From IMG/VR virus record IMGVR_UViG_3300020195_000012: 64,000 nucleotides of DNA. The stretch is one strand, 5' to 3'. Each line of letters opens with the position of its first letter. Within the stretch, counting starts at the first letter, position 1. This stretch comes from an uncultured virus (IMG/VR IMGVR_UViG_3300020195_000012) (Duplodnaviria; Heunggongvirae; Uroviricota; Caudoviricetes). The notes beneath the pieces are model-generated. The model saw only the letters and a program-made list of their open reading frames with translations, had not been told where the DNA came from and ran no database searches. Shown piece by piece: positions 36,505 to 46,815 of the stretch. A program made the position numbers and the translations under genes.

Positions 36505-37391
36505 CGAGTGTCCTCAAGACGTGTGTTAAAATAATCCTTGATCCCTCTGTGCATGTCTAGTTTGTCCGATGACCACTCAAAAACTGGACCAACTAACTTT
36601 ACATCTTTATCTGGGTCATAATCACAAGATAATAAAATCTCATGCCTCTTCATGTACCCACGATTGCGTAAATCACCATGCCACAAATGAAACAAGTCTA
36701 CTGGTAGATAGTCCACATTTATACGTTTCTTTTTGAATTCACTCGCCCAACTTTGAATATGCTGTTTCATTCTCTCAGAAAACTTACGTTCATATCCATG
36801 CAATGCCCAAGAATCAACTAAAGAGTCAACAAAAATACAATCACCACTACCAACAATATCCCAGTCATAAACCCCACCAAAATCCCTACGCGCAGCCCAC
36901 GCAAAACCCGGTGCCGCAAAAGGTAAATCCTTGTTCTCTCGACGTACTAACCAATTGCGATTTTTTGCTCTTTGTGCAATAATCCCATCAAAAGCATGTT
37001 GTTGCTCTCCACGATATTCTGTATGACCTGGAGGTAAATAATAAATGCGCCTAAACAATTGTATTACATCACATTTGTCTAAAGCAGAAATGACTGAAGA
37101 GTTCCATCCATCCGGTAACAACAAATCACAATCCAACCAAGCAAATTTATCGCAATCATTTGGAAGGATAGACATCCCATAATTGATCAATCTTTCTTTC
37201 AACCACATACAGTCTTTTGATCTGATTTGTTCTACGCCTTCAAGATAAAAAGGATCATTTCCAAAAGCAACTTCAATGGTTAATAACTTTACGCCTTGCC
37301 TTCGCAAATTATGCGAAAACAAAGCGTGATTGTTAACCAATGCTTTATAACCAGCAGGATTGAAAAATGTGGTGATTGCCCAGAAGCTCAC
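36501..37391 (-). CDS. Glycosyltransferase-like (GT-A) protein
   Basis: W.KERLIN, WLDCD, PGFAWA, G.GD, HLWHG. Confidence 0.6.
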   Translation of the reverse strand: MSFWAITTFFNPAGYKALVNNHALFSHNLRRQGVKLLTIEVAFGNDPFYLEGVEQIRSKDCMWLKERLINYGMSILPNDCDKFAWLDCDLLLPDGWNSSVISALDKCDVIQLFRRIYYLPPGHTEYRGEQQHAFDGIIAQRAKNRNWLVRRENKDLPFAAPGFAWAARRDFGGVYDWDIVGSGDCIFVDSLVDSWALHGYERKFSERMKQHIQSWASEFKKKRINVDYLPVDLFHLWHGDLRNRGYMKRHEILLSCDYDPDKDVKLVGPVFEWSSDKLDMHRGIKDYFNTRLEDTR

Positions 37392-37702
37392 TCGTTGTCC
37401 TCAATAGCAAACCAACTCAAACGACAATCGTTATGAACTTGAACTTTGAATTGGAACCCACCAGGAACAACCACCGCTTCACTAATGTAACAAACCTCAC
37501 CCATATTTTCATTGTATGGATGAACGTGAGGTATAATAGAGAACCACACTCTCAAAACATTTAATTCTGTTTCTATGAACATAGTACTGTCATTATCAAC
37601 CATTGAAATATCTAATGTTCCATATTGATAATGGCTTGCACCAAAAAAATCACGAACTAATTTAACTATACGAGCAACAAAATTATTGGTTATTCCTGGC
37701 AT
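37388..37702 (-). CDS. Hypothetical protein
   Basis: Coupled ORF in an operon. Confidence 0.5.
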   Translation of the reverse strand: MPGITNNFVARIVKLVRDFFGASHYQYGTLDISMVDNDSTMFIETELNVLRVWFSIIPHVHPYNENMGEVCYISEAVVVPGGFQFKVQVHNDCRLSWFAIEDNE

Positions 37703-38348
37703 CGTTCACTCCCTTGATTATTGATTCTATCGCCTTGATCGGATCAGCGGATTCACTAATCGGTCTTCCGACCACAAATAGATCACCACCACCCCCATCA
37801 CCGACTCGCTTTTGATCGTCGCCTTCTACATTCTTCACACGAATGCCGGGGACTACCTTTATAAAGTTTAAATGCTTCAATAAATTCACTTCACGAGACG
37901 AACAAACGATCCCATGCGTTCCCGCTTCATACGCAAGATGAGCCAAATCCCACACCGTTTCCTCAACAGGACGATGGTAAATCTCATGAACCTCTGCTTC
38001 GTCCATACTCGTCAAAGCAGTTACCGCAAGTATCTTGGATTCACCGCAATTCTCTACTGCTGCCTTCATCATCCTTTTTCCGCCACTAGCATGAACCGTA
38101 ATCAAGTCAGCACCAGCATGAGCCAAACGCCTCACACTATTCCCAACTGTCTTTGGTATGTCAAACAATTTAGGATCAGCAAAAACTTTACCCAAACATT
38201 TCAACTCTGTGATAATTTCTATGCCGCATGAAAGCAAAAGATCATTGACTTTGAATCCCCAAACAGTTGAAGATAGAGTCCAGGCAAGCATCAGTGCTTC
38301 TTCACGGTCCATTCCGTCCAAGGCTACGATAATCTGATTGGATTGCAT
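37683..38348 (-). CDS. pyrF: Orotidine-5'-phosphate decarboxylase
   Basis: IIVALD, D.KL.DIP.TV, TVHASGG, VT.LTS, PGIR, DDQKR, VVGRPI. Confidence 0.92.
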   Translation of the reverse strand: MQSNQIIVALDGMDREEALMLAWTLSSTVWGFKVNDLLLSCGIEIITELKCLGKVFADPKLFDIPKTVGNSVRRLAHAGADLITVHASGGKRMMKAAVENCGESKILAVTALTSMDEAEVHEIYHRPVEETVWDLAHLAYEAGTHGIVCSSREVNLLKHLNFIKVVPGIRVKNVEGDDQKRVGDGGGGDLFVVGRPISESADPIKAIESIIKGVNDARNNQ

Positions 38349-38405
38349 TGCTGCCTCTCTTGGGTTATACTCTGTAGTTATCCAGAACGAATTGGGAATT
38401 GATAA

Positions 38406-39506
38406 ATGATCCCACCTAATATAGCCATGTTGCCACACCAACTGCGAGAAATTGCAGCTCAACTCTCACGTTCAGTCAAATCTAACTCCGATAATTGGTT
38501 CCAAGAGCGCGGCATAGACATTCACAACAAAGATATGTTTTGGATTCTCGACCAGAAAACCCAAGCCAACAAAAATCCCTGGAACTCAATTTGTAACGGT
38601 CTAGTATACACGAAAGAACAATTTTTGATATCAGTTCCTCCAACAAAATTCTACAACTTCTCAGACCAAAACGCCGTCATCAACCTTCACGACAGCGATT
38701 TACTACAAAAAGTCGACGGCGAAATGTTCGTTGCCATATTCCCTTGGAGTAATCACGAACACCCCTGCATCCACACCAGAACTAAAATCAGCTACGTCAC
38801 AGGCGATATGGGCGAAGGTACACCCTTGTACGCAGGTCGCAAAGCCATTCGTGAACGTACATATAAAAAATCAGATACAGACTACGGCTACACATTCCAA
38901 TACGACGGAAGAGATTTATTCCTCGTTGCCGGAAGACATATCGGTTCTCTCTTTGAACACTCAGAAGAAGAACTTGACTCAATAGCGAAACGATTAGGTT
39001 GCATGCGACCACTTCGCTATCCATGTCAAAAAGGATGGCTGACCGTGGAAAGGATTCTCAAAGAATTTGATGAGTCTTTCTTTGTTCGTGATCGCAACAC
39101 AGGTGATCGTGCCCACGTCATGCTCCCAATCGCGATTAAACGCCCCAAGTTGCTCATATCTGGTAAGTACAAGTATTTACTACCTTATTGGCTCAATGGC
39201 GAATACAAGTCACTCCTAAACTCTTATCCACTGTTCAGAGAACGATACGCAGTGGTTGACGACACTTTGTTAAAGATTAAAACCCGAATGAAAAAAGCAG
39301 CAGAGCATTGGTGCCGTTCCCTCTCCGCTCCAAACAAGGCAGCAATTGCTGCTGCCTTGAACGAATCACAAGAACCTTATTGGGCAAAACGAATCATTTT
39401 GAGGTTAGTTGACATTCATCAAGAGCGATGGGATGAATCAATCACAGAATACTTCCGCAGATTGACACCAAAAGCACTTATCGAAATAATGGGACTTATT
39501 GATTAG
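38406..39506 (+). CDS. RNA ligase (Rnl1-like), divergent
   Basis: CNGL, P..KFYN, KVDG nucleotidyltransferase motif I. Confidence 0.55.
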   Translation: MIPPNIAMLPHQLREIAAQLSRSVKSNSDNWFQERGIDIHNKDMFWILDQKTQANKNPWNSICNGLVYTKEQFLISVPPTKFYNFSDQNAVINLHDSDLLQKVDGEMFVAIFPWSNHEHPCIHTRTKISYVTGDMGEGTPLYAGRKAIRERTYKKSDTDYGYTFQYDGRDLFLVAGRHIGSLFEHSEEELDSIAKRLGCMRPLRYPCQKGWLTVERILKEFDESFFVRDRNTGDRAHVMLPIAIKRPKLLISGKYKYLLPYWLNGEYKSLLNSYPLFRERYAVVDDTLLKIKTRMKKAAEHWCRSLSAPNKAAIAAALNESQEPYWAKRIILRLVDIHQERWDESITEYFRRLTPKALIEIMGLID

Positions 39507-39514
39507 GAGATGAA

Positions 39515-39697
39515 ATGGAAGAATCTAGGGCCGCAGAAAATCTTAAATTAGCTAATGAGTTTGCGCAACCAGGAACGGTAAAACATTTTATGCTTCGACA
39601 AGGTTTCATGCCGTTTGATGAAAAAGATGCCGAAGCAATTATTATCAACATCTTCAAAGAATGGGAAGACTTACAATGGAAACGAGATCACGGTTAA
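39515..39697 (+). CDS. Small hypothetical protein
   Basis: AGGAG RBS. Confidence 0.5.
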   Translation: MEESRAAENLKLANEFAQPGTVKHFMLRQGFMPFDEKDAEAIIINIFKEWEDLQWKRDHG

Positions 39698-39703
39698 ACA
39701 TTA

Positions 39704-40249
39704 TCATTTGAAGTCCGTAATCTTGAAGTCTGGTGTTGCCTGAGTGACACGCCCTTCGCCCGTCGTAGTAGTTTCTTGGAACTTGCGACAATGCAAGAGT
39801 AATCTGATTGCGCCCCACAACTTGAATTGATCCAATCTCGTATCAATGATGATCCAGTTCTCTCCACGATGAGGCGTATAGATTCGTGATCCAATTTTTG
39901 GGTGATGCCCAATTGTTGTTTCTACTGCCTTGAAATTCAATTCAAAGATAATTTCTTCATCTGGCGTGTCAATCGCAAACATGCCAGACATATTCTGCTG
40001 TTGTGGTGGTTCGTAAAACGCAAATAGTTGAACTGGCACTGGAGAGAACAATTTGCCACGGTCTTCCATGTACAAAGGATCAACCGTTTGTTGTTGGATG
40101 AACACTTCGTAGTACAAGATTGGTGCGCCACTGAATTGAATCATTTCTGCGTCGTAACGATTCAATAGATCATGACTTGGACTGTCCGGATCAAACTGTT
40201 GGAGAGTTCCCTTGAGAGTATACTGTTGACCATTTGGACGACAAATCAT
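39704..40249 (-). CDS. Neck/head-closure protein gp14-like
   Basis: E.I...G..I.Y, DPLY.ED, P..G..IY.P; lies in the neck-tail region. Confidence 0.65.
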   Translation of the reverse strand: MICRPNGQQYTLKGTLQQFDPDSPSHDLLNRYDAEMIQFSGAPILYYEVFIQQQTVDPLYMEDRGKLFSPVPVQLFAFYEPPQQQNMSGMFAIDTPDEEIIFELNFKAVETTIGHHPKIGSRIYTPHRGENWIIIDTRLDQFKLWGAIRLLLHCRKFQETTTTGEGRVTQATPDFKITDFK

Positions 40250-40267
40250 AACAATCCTTTGTAAAGA

Positions 40268-40681
40268 TTAATCAAGTTTTATCTGAGCGTCAATGTCTAC
40301 ACTGCCCCCGCCGCTCGGTATAACAAATGGTGCGCCAGTAAATCTTTCTGCGTGTACTAATTCTTGAACGTTGATGTTATTCTTGTTCGTCATGTAATAT
40401 CCGTACACTGTTTCAGATGTACCGTATGAAAATGTTTGACGAGCATATATTGCACTTGACGTCCCTGCCGAAGTAGCAAATGTCCAAGCTGTACCTGTCA
40501 AGGCAAAAGGGGTATATCCTGCTGCCGATGACTCCGTAAATGTTGCAAGAATATCATTTTCTGAGGGCGTAACATTGTTTGTGTATAAATGTAATCGAAC
40601 ATCACCAGGCGTGGTGTGATTAAGCATATACTTAAGCAATAATATTTCCGCTAAATCTGGTGTTACAAAGCTCACTTGCAT
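40268..40681 (-). CDS. Putative virion structural protein
   Basis: L.LYTN..TP, GY....L....W, VYGYY; TATAAATA upstream. Confidence 0.55.
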   Translation of the reverse strand: MQVSFVTPDLAEILLLKYMLNHTTPGDVRLHLYTNNVTPSENDILATFTESSAAGYTPFALTGTAWTFATSAGTSSAIYARQTFSYGTSETVYGYYMTNKNNINVQELVHAERFTGAPFVIPSGGGSVDIDAQIKLD

Positions 40682-40705
40682 TCCTCCGTAATAATCTTAC
40701 TTGTG

Positions 40706-40713
40706 TATTTATA
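40706..40713 (-). promoter_or_regulatory. T4-type late promoter TATAAATA
   Basis: Exact T4 late consensus in an intergenic region; also at 29064-29071 and 53851-53858. Confidence 0.65.
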
Positions 40714-40755
40714 TAACCATTCAACAAAATTAACTCAATATCTAAATATGTAGAA

Positions 40756-41316
40756 ATGGCAATCAAACGTAAAGATGGTAGTAAATATCGACTTCAAGGT
40801 CCAAACCCCATAATGAAAGAACAAAACCCATGGGTGGAAGACTCCAAAATCCATAATTTTAACTTTCCGGAAATAACAACAAAAGAAGGAATGATCGAAG
40901 AAGAAGAATACGAAACGTTCACACCAACAGAAATTCCACAAAGAGTTGAACCAAAAGAAGAAATAGTTACGGTAACAGAAACCACAAAAGAAAAACCACA
41001 AAGAATTGTGCCAAAAGGAGTCAAACGAAACCAAGTCTGGATTCTTCCCGCTACAATCACCGAATTCAAAGACCCGCTCTACGGTGAAACAAGATCATCT
41101 ATCAACTACGGAAATAAAATCAATGGTGAAGTTGTTATTATGTCATCTAATGATTTGTCTGTTACTGTATGGACAAATGGCGTCAAAGTAGAACGCGGAT
41201 CAATTATCTACATTTGCGAAGAACGACGTTGGTGGAAAGTTCAACAAGCCTCAGAAAAATCTGACGGATTCCTCTACATTTGCACTATAAGTGATTTTCA
41301 ACCTGCGTTTGAATGA
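40756..41316 (+). CDS. Hypothetical, possible head-closure (gp14) paralog
   Basis: I.R.DG..Y.L.G N-terminus, DPLYGE and GS.IY.....W shared with 39704-40249. Confidence 0.5.
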   Translation: MAIKRKDGSKYRLQGPNPIMKEQNPWVEDSKIHNFNFPEITTKEGMIEEEEYETFTPTEIPQRVEPKEEIVTVTETTKEKPQRIVPKGVKRNQVWILPATITEFKDPLYGETRSSINYGNKINGEVVIMSSNDLSVTVWTNGVKVERGSIIYICEERRWWKVQQASEKSDGFLYICTISDFQPAFE

Positions 41317-41555
41317 CCTGACACAATCGCTACTTCATACCCAAGTTCTCGTAACTTTACTTTGTAATCTTGAACTGCTTTCTCGTAACCTTTACTGTAA
41401 GAATCTGCAACCATCTGACAAAATTCACGTACGTCTTTCTCTGTAGTCATATGGTAAGTAACACGAGACAACACTTCTTCGTATGCAGAATATCTTTCTT
41501 GCAATATATCAAAAACATATTTTTTTACGACATATGGATATTGTTGGTGCATCAT
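41298..41555 (-). CDS. Hypothetical protein
   Basis: Coupled ORF. Confidence 0.5.
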   Translation of the reverse strand: MMHQQYPYVVKKYVFDILQERYSAYEEVLSRVTYHMTTEKDVREFCQMVADSYSKGYEKAVQDYKVKLRELGYEVAIVSGHSNAG

Positions 41556-41716
41556 GGTTTAATTACTTTCATCTTGAATTTAGGTCTAGGGAGAATTATT
41601 ACTTCCTTGCCAGCATCAACCGTCACATTAATAATTGGCTTTCCTGCTCCAAGAACCTTGCCTTCCCATACTACTACATTTTCTTTGCGACGATTGATTG
41701 GACACCATTTAAACAT
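41552..41716 (-). CDS. Small hypothetical (54 aa, not in the ORF track)
   Basis: MFKWCPINRRKE..., coupled at both ends (TAATG, ATGA). Confidence 0.5.
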   Translation of the reverse strand: MFKWCPINRRKENVVVWEGKVLGAGKPIINVTVDAGKEVIILPRPKFKMKVIKP

Positions 41717-42534
41717 TATATCACTTTCCGTTTGAACTTCATCCTAGCTCTGTCTTTCTTTTCTTCTTGTTCTTTCTCAACATTATTATCTATTTCTTTC
41801 AAGTGATCATAAACTGCTTCGGCTCCACTTTTTTTTGCAATTTTACTCAAGTTCTTATATTTATTATCAAATTGTTCACCTTTAAGAGTCTTCCAAGTGT
41901 TAGTTGAGATTTGTTCGTTATGATCACTTAATATTTTGTCCATTTCACTACGAATTTTTATTTCCTCTTGCGTCATTGGAATTACATTATATTGAACCGT
42001 CTTTGGAACGACAATAACTTTGGCGTAACCTTCACCTTTCCTGAATATGTATGTTTGACCTTCCAAGGGACTTTTGAAAACAACAAAAAATACTTTTGGC
42101 CAGAAGTCTGATTCAATAATACCAGAAACTACCAATGGGACAGTACCCGTTCTATCCGTATAGTATCTTGGATGAGGCAAAAGCATTATTCCATATCCTT
42201 CTTCTGTCATAAGGTCAACTGAAGACGTGAATCCAAAATGACCTGGAGCAAATGAAGAAAAAGGACGTTCCCATTTCTGATCTCCCTTTTCTTTCGTGAA
42301 ATCTCCTTCAAATACTAATTCGTTATTTTTTGTTGTTACTTTGCATTCTGTGTCAAATGGATAAATCAATTCTACCCCATAGACACTACCATCGATAAAA
42401 GGTTTGCAATGATGTGGTTGTCCTGAATCTCTAGTCCTTTCGCCCGCCCAGCCAGGAATTTCAAGTTTGGTATGTCTTGGCGCTTCGCCTTTGAACCAAG
42501 TCCGATATTTTAAGTTAATTTGTGTATCCATCAT
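41716..42534 (-). CDS. Hypothetical with possible dUTPase-like beta fold
   Basis: C.PF, G..L.YP, SGIIESD, F.KGE. Confidence 0.45.
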   Translation of the reverse strand: MMDTQINLKYRTWFKGEAPRHTKLEIPGWAGERTRDSGQPHHCKPFIDGSVYGVELIYPFDTECKVTTKNNELVFEGDFTKEKGDQKWERPFSSFAPGHFGFTSSVDLMTEEGYGIMLLPHPRYYTDRTGTVPLVVSGIIESDFWPKVFFVVFKSPLEGQTYIFRKGEGYAKVIVVPKTVQYNVIPMTQEEIKIRSEMDKILSDHNEQISTNTWKTLKGEQFDNKYKNLSKIAKKSGAEAVYDHLKEIDNNVEKEQEEKKDRARMKFKRKVI

Positions 42535-42546
42535 CTAATATAGTTA

Positions 42547-43503
42547 ATGGAAAAATCCTTAAACGAATGTCCTGATAAGTGGCCAGAACCTCCATTCAAC
42601 CTCGATAAGCCATCACCTTTGTGCAAAGACGATTGTGCCATTGATCCGTCTCTAAAAGACGTCAATACATTTTTCGATGATGTAGTGCATACAAATAAAG
42701 GTCTTGGCGCAGATGGAAACTGCGATCCAATGATGTCAGGGCAAATTGCGCAAGATTTAGCCAAAACTCCAAACCGTGACACAATTTATCGATACAGCAA
42801 AGGTATACGTGGTTGTGACGAAGCGATGAAAGATTTGTTTAGCAATCTCATTGTTATTGACGAACGAGGAGTTTCGCATCCTGTACCTATTCTTTGGTCT
42901 ACTCAGGAACGCGCTGTCGCTGCTGTTGTGCAAGAAAATGTTAGGAAAGATACAAGTCTTGTTGTTGATAGAGTTAGATTGCCATTGATGTCAATTTATT
43001 CATCTAATTTTACTTTCAATCAAAGCAGATATACGTATCACAAGGCAATTAATTATTTCAGAGGCAGTGATGGAAAGCCTGGTTTGACGATACGTGAAAA
43101 ATATGATAGAGACACAATATTTGGATTGGCGAGAGGTATTCCAATCGATGTTGGATACACATTAACGATATGGACTTATTTCATAGAAGACATGAATCAA
43201 ATTCTAGAACAAGTTCTCTTAAAATTTTCCCCTATTGCATATATACGAATACAAGGCGTGCAATGGGAAACGATAGTCAAGTTGGATGCAATTGCAAACA
43301 ATGTTGACATAGAACCTGGAAATACGGCGAACAGGGTAGTAAAGTTTCAAATTAGCATGACGGCGGAAAGTTATATACCGCAGCCAATCACTAGAGAAAA
43401 AGCAGTCCTTAGAACGAGGGTTGAAATAGTGGATGGTCTAAGTGATGACGAAATAACCCAAGTCATTACAAGACTAGAAAACGCTGTAGATGAGTTAAAA
43501 TAA
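42547..43503 (+). CDS. Tail sheath terminator gp15-like
   Basis: F.N..V, VPI, LP.MS, P.D..Y.L.I......D..QI.EQ....F.P; upstream of the sheath gene. Confidence 0.75.
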   Translation: MEKSLNECPDKWPEPPFNLDKPSPLCKDDCAIDPSLKDVNTFFDDVVHTNKGLGADGNCDPMMSGQIAQDLAKTPNRDTIYRYSKGIRGCDEAMKDLFSNLIVIDERGVSHPVPILWSTQERAVAAVVQENVRKDTSLVVDRVRLPLMSIYSSNFTFNQSRYTYHKAINYFRGSDGKPGLTIREKYDRDTIFGLARGIPIDVGYTLTIWTYFIEDMNQILEQVLLKFSPIAYIRIQGVQWETIVKLDAIANNVDIEPGNTANRVVKFQISMTAESYIPQPITREKAVLRTRVEIVDGLSDDEITQVITRLENAVDELK

Positions 43504-43709
43504 TGATCGAGATAACAAACAGAACTGCTGGGCCTATTCAGATTCTAGTAAGGTCTCGCAAAAAAGCTAGAGCTTTTACAACCCTCATTGTTCCAGGACG
43601 TGGATCGGGACATAACGTAAAAACAATCGAGGACGAGCTATATACTGAGTATATTGACCGTGCGGAAGGCTTTGGATTGATTTCCACACGCAAAATCACA
43701 AATAAGTAA
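43503..43709 (+). CDS. Small hypothetical protein
   Basis: TAATG-coupled ORF. Confidence 0.55.
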   Translation: MIEITNRTAGPIQILVRSRKKARAFTTLIVPGRGSGHNVKTIEDELYTEYIDRAEGFGLISTRKITNK

Positions 43710-43727
43710 AGTAGGGAGAACGACACT

Positions 43728-46097
43728 ATGGCGATACTAACGGGTTTTCCACCTTCGAACTTGATTAGTCCGAGCGTCCGCATTGCTGAGAAAGACCTCA
43801 GCTTTATTGCTCCAGAGCAAACCGGGCACCGCGCAGGATTAGTTGGGTTTGCAAGCAAGGGACCAATTAATGTGCCGACTTTGGTTACAACTTCACGGCA
43901 ATTACACACAGTTTTTGGGCAGCCACATCCAGATGTAGGCGATCCATATCTGCTTTATGCAGCCGAACAATATCTACAAATCGCCAATGAACTATTCATT
44001 GTCCGTGTAGCTGATACAGCACCTACTAGCGACGAAGCCGCAGTCGTTGCCTCTGTTGACGTTCTGACCGCAGGTGGTCCAGTCGTTATCGAAGGTAATG
44101 TTGCTGTTGGTGGCGGTGGCTGGGTGTTTCCAAGCGATACATTCTTCCGATGGCGGTTAAATGGAGTGCTTGCTAGTAAAGTTCTTGTTGTTATTGCTGG
44201 TACATACAGCGATCCACAAGACCTAGTAGATGATCTCAACAGCCAACTCAGTGCAGAATTTGATGGAATTCAGTTTGGGCTTGTTGGAAGTGGTACGGCA
44301 CGCAAGTTGAAAGTTTATACGACTTTTGCTTATGGTCCAGTTGCTTCAGTTGAATTGATTTCGGTAACAAGCAGCCTTTATGGTCCTACCAGCGTTGTTG
44401 GTATGGGCACAGGTATGACGGCTGGTTCGATTACTGGTACATTGACTCAATATCCAGCAACATCTATTCCAAATCCAGGCGACTTTGATTTCAGTGGTTT
44501 TGCTACTGACACTATCAATTTGCAAATTGTTATTGACGGAACAGATAATCCTTTGATCGATAATGTCGTTCAAACTGTTATTATCCCTTCAGTTGATTAC
44601 CCAACAACCGCAGATGTTGCTACAGTTATCAATGATGCAATTACAATGGGTGATATTCCTGGTGGGTTTGTTGCTTCTGTAACTTCAAATGCACTTGTTC
44701 TTACGACTCTTCATGTTGGTGATGATGCGAAGTTGCTTGTTAAGAGTAGCAGCACCGCTGATACACTACTTGGACTTGATAACTTGACACATTCAGGTAG
44801 CACAGGCGCTCCTTGTATTACAGCCCCAGGAGCAACTTACACATGCGGTAAGGTAACTGGAGATGCGAACAACAGTGGTGAGATTTGCTTTAGTGTTACG
44901 GCTGATACGGCTGGCATTGATGGTAATAACACTCAATTGGTTATTACAAGTCATATTGCTGACGGTAATTTCACAATGGAAATTTATTCATATGGAAACC
45001 AAGTAGAAGCTTGGGGAAATTTGTCGAAAGACCCTTCCAGTCGCTTCTATGTTGAATCCTATATGGCAACCGTTTCTGATTACATTCGTGTGACAGACAA
45101 CGCTGGCACATTGGCACTACCACAAGATGCAAGTGGATCAGCTCCACTACAACTTTCTGGTGGTACAGATGGTATTCCTTCTGATCCAAACGTACAAGAT
45201 AGTTTGTTGATTGGTAGCATCACGGCAATGACTGGTTTGGCTGCATTGTCTGACCCAGAACAAGTTGATATTGATTTGATTGCAATTCCTGGTCACACAT
45301 CTACGGATATTGTGAATGGACTGATTGATTTCTGTCAATTGCGTCAAGACTGTTTCTCTATTGTTGATGCTCCATTCGGCTTGACTGTCAATGAAGTTAC
45401 ACACTGGCAGAATGGTACTCACCCATTGAACGATGTTCGGTTTGATAGTGATTTCGCAGCATTGTACTGGCCATGGTGCAAGATTCGTGACACCTTCAAC
45501 AAGATTGATGTGTGGGCACCTCCTTCTGGCGGTGTGATGGCAGCTTACGCTCGTAGCGATTCTATTAGTGCCCCATGGTTTGCTCCAGCAGGTACAACTA
45601 GAGGATTGGTTCCAAGTGTATTGGATGTATTTAGTCGACCATCTTTGATTGAACGTGACTCAATGTATGGAAACCGCAATGCGGTCAACCCAATCATTCA
45701 CTTCGTTGATTTGGATGGATTCTTGATTTGGGGTCAGAAAACTCTCCAGAGGACGCCTTCGGCACTTGACCGAGTCAATGTGCGAAGAATGATGTTGTAT
45801 GTTGAGAAGCGTATCAAGGCAGACTCTCGTAGTTTGTTGTTTGAGCCAAATGATGCTTCTGTTCGTTCTTCATTCATCCGAATTGCAACCAGGACTTTGA
45901 AGCGAGTCAAAGAAAGTCGTGGTATTGCTGACTTTATTATCAAATGCGATGAAGAATTGAACACACCTGATGTAATTGACAGGAATGAACTTCGTGCCAG
46001 AATCGGCATTCAGCCAACCCGTGCGGTAGAGTTTATCTTTATCGAATTTTCAATACACCGTACCGGAGATTTCGGTGAAGCTTCATCGAACTTCTAA
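43728..46097 (+). CDS. gp18: Tail sheath protein gp18
   Basis: SPSV.I.E.D, KGP...P, YWPW, PWFAPAG..RG, WGQKT, RVNVRR, FEPND, EFI. Confidence 0.95.
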   Translation: MAILTGFPPSNLISPSVRIAEKDLSFIAPEQTGHRAGLVGFASKGPINVPTLVTTSRQLHTVFGQPHPDVGDPYLLYAAEQYLQIANELFIVRVADTAPTSDEAAVVASVDVLTAGGPVVIEGNVAVGGGGWVFPSDTFFRWRLNGVLASKVLVVIAGTYSDPQDLVDDLNSQLSAEFDGIQFGLVGSGTARKLKVYTTFAYGPVASVELISVTSSLYGPTSVVGMGTGMTAGSITGTLTQYPATSIPNPGDFDFSGFATDTINLQIVIDGTDNPLIDNVVQTVIIPSVDYPTTADVATVINDAITMGDIPGGFVASVTSNALVLTTLHVGDDAKLLVKSSSTADTLLGLDNLTHSGSTGAPCITAPGATYTCGKVTGDANNSGEICFSVTADTAGIDGNNTQLVITSHIADGNFTMEIYSYGNQVEAWGNLSKDPSSRFYVESYMATVSDYIRVTDNAGTLALPQDASGSAPLQLSGGTDGIPSDPNVQDSLLIGSITAMTGLAALSDPEQVDIDLIAIPGHTSTDIVNGLIDFCQLRQDCFSIVDAPFGLTVNEVTHWQNGTHPLNDVRFDSDFAALYWPWCKIRDTFNKIDVWAPPSGGVMAAYARSDSISAPWFAPAGTTRGLVPSVLDVFSRPSLIERDSMYGNRNAVNPIIHFVDLDGFLIWGQKTLQRTPSALDRVNVRRMMLYVEKRIKADSRSLLFEPNDASVRSSFIRIATRTLKRVKESRGIADFIIKCDEELNTPDVIDRNELRARIGIQPTRAVEFIFIEFSIHRTGDFGEASSNF

Positions 46098-46119
46098 TAT
46101 AATCAAGGAGATATAAAAT

Positions 46120-46746
46120 ATGTCATTTTGCGAAGGTAATGCAGCTTTTCCAGAATCAGTTGCTCAGATGGAGGGTGGTGGAATTGTCAAAGCCGGAATG
46201 GGCATGGGCAAACTAGGTGGTGCGGACCTTGTAATGAAACGAAAATTTCGTTGGGTGTTCCAAATAACCACCACGTGTGCTGGAGTCGTTCCAGCATACT
46301 TTGTGAAAACAGCCAGCCGTCCTGATCTCAGCATCGAAGAAACTGAAATCAACTTCTTGAATGCAAAAACCTGGATTCCAGGCAAAGCATCTTGGGAAGC
46401 AATTACAATTACATACTATGATGTTGCGACTGGTGATAACATCAACTTGTGGAATTGGCTAGCTTCAGTTTATGATTTTACAAACTCTGATTGTTTGCAT
46501 ATGAATTCACAACGTAGTGGATATGCAGGCACAGCTAATTTGTATTTGTTGGACGGTTGTGGAAATCCACTAGAACATTGGACTCTAGACGATGTGTGGC
46601 CAACTTCAATCAAATTCGGAGAACTAGATTATTCTAGCTCTGATACAGTTGATATTGAACTCACTCTTCGATATAGCCAGGTAAAGTACAACATGCTTTG
46701 TCCAAAACTGGAAGTCAAACCTTGTCCATGCATACCTTGCGTATAA
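46120..46746 (+). CDS. gp19: Tail tube protein gp19-like
   Basis: Follows the sheath; RKFRW, GK..W..IT.T, W.L..VWP....G.LD, L.LRY. Confidence 0.85.
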   Translation: MSFCEGNAAFPESVAQMEGGGIVKAGMGMGKLGGADLVMKRKFRWVFQITTTCAGVVPAYFVKTASRPDLSIEETEINFLNAKTWIPGKASWEAITITYYDVATGDNINLWNWLASVYDFTNSDCLHMNSQRSGYAGTANLYLLDGCGNPLEHWTLDDVWPTSIKFGELDYSSSDTVDIELTLRYSQVKYNMLCPKLEVKPCPCIPCV

Positions 46747-46815
46747 TACGCAATTTCAATTCAAAACACCAAGACTTTGTCTTGGTGTTTGTTTTCGATA
46801 CAACTATATAATAAT